DNA from: a candidate division CPR3 bacterium 4484_211
GTDB taxonomy: Bacteria > Patescibacteriota > 4484-211
Direction of reading: 5' to 3'
Assembly (NCBI GenBank): GCA_002084955.1
Contig: MZGJ01000005.1
Span: 1-47,514, forward strand
Length of the DNA: 47,514 nt
Position 1 is the stretch's first letter, and the number at the start of each line of letters is the position of its first letter. The notes under the pieces were generated by a model, which had not been told where the DNA came from, did not search any database, and saw nothing but the letters and a program-made list of their open reading frames with translations. Made by a program: the position numbers and the translations under genes. Positions 47,158 through 47,514 of the stretch are shown piece by piece.

Positions 47158-47364
47158 ATGCAGATGTCAAATAAAATATCTGATAATCTAAAAAAATTAA
47201 GAGCTAAAAAAGGCTATTCTCTCGAAAAAGTAGCTCGACTTGCTGATCTTTCATTAAATACCGTTGTAAAAATTGAGAATGGAGTAAATAAAAACCCTAC
47301 TTTTGAAACTATAACTAAACTTGCGAAAGCGTTAGATGTGCCGATTGATGATTTGATTAAATAA
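47158..47364 (+). CDS. XRE-family helix-turn-helix regulator
   Basis: NLKKLR..KGYS.E..A..A.LS..T..KIE.G..NPT.ET..KLA.AL.V. Confidence 0.9.
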   Translation: MQMSNKISDNLKKLRAKKGYSLEKVARLADLSLNTVVKIENGVNKNPTFETITKLAKALDVPIDDLIK

Positions 47365-47366
47365 CT

Positions 47367-47514
47367 ATGCAAAATTTTCAACCAATAACAAAAAAATTAT
47401 TTCCTCCTGACTATCAGTTAATTGATGGAACTGATGAAATTTTTGAGTTAAATTTTGCTCTTTGGGAATATGAAAATCTTAATAAAAAAGATTTAATTAG
47501 GCGCAGTGCCTACT
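47367..47514 (+). CDS. Partial ORF truncated by the window end, function unknown
   Basis: ATG 2 nt after the XRE stop; MQNFQPITKKLFPPDYQLIDGTDEIFELNFALWEYENLNKKDLIRRSAY stays open to the end; AT-rich. Confidence 0.7.
   Translation, partial: MQNFQPITKKLFPPDYQLIDGTDEIFELNFALWEYENLNKKDLIRRSAY

Overview
A 47.5 kb bacterial chromosomal window. Gene content and style suggest a Patescibacteria/CPR genome, probably Microgenomates-like (inference). It holds 11 scattered tRNAs and housekeeping genes (rplS, clpC, metG, ssb, ychF, uvrA, uvrC, Elp3-type enzyme, sufS/ferredoxin/SufU). It also has a MacB-type ABC transporter beside a giant FN3 surface protein, a Gld-type ABC operon, a REP-associated tyrosine transposase (RAYT), and an AT-rich island starting after tRNA-Pro. 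The most unusual signals are in repeats. (1) A four-helix-bundle gene sits inside the Gld operon between same-orientation arrays of an 8-bp unit (44 and 10 units, three alternating variants), and related 7-8 bp periodic tracts mark many other gene junctions. (2) Several families of short REP-like palindromes occur, one bracketing the RAYT. Some lie in frame inside unrelated proteins: the peptide GxxPRRGxT recurs in UvrC, a LacD-like aldolase and Elp3. (3) A 70-130 bp dispersed element occurs four times. All calls come from reading the sequence and recognising motifs; no searches were run.
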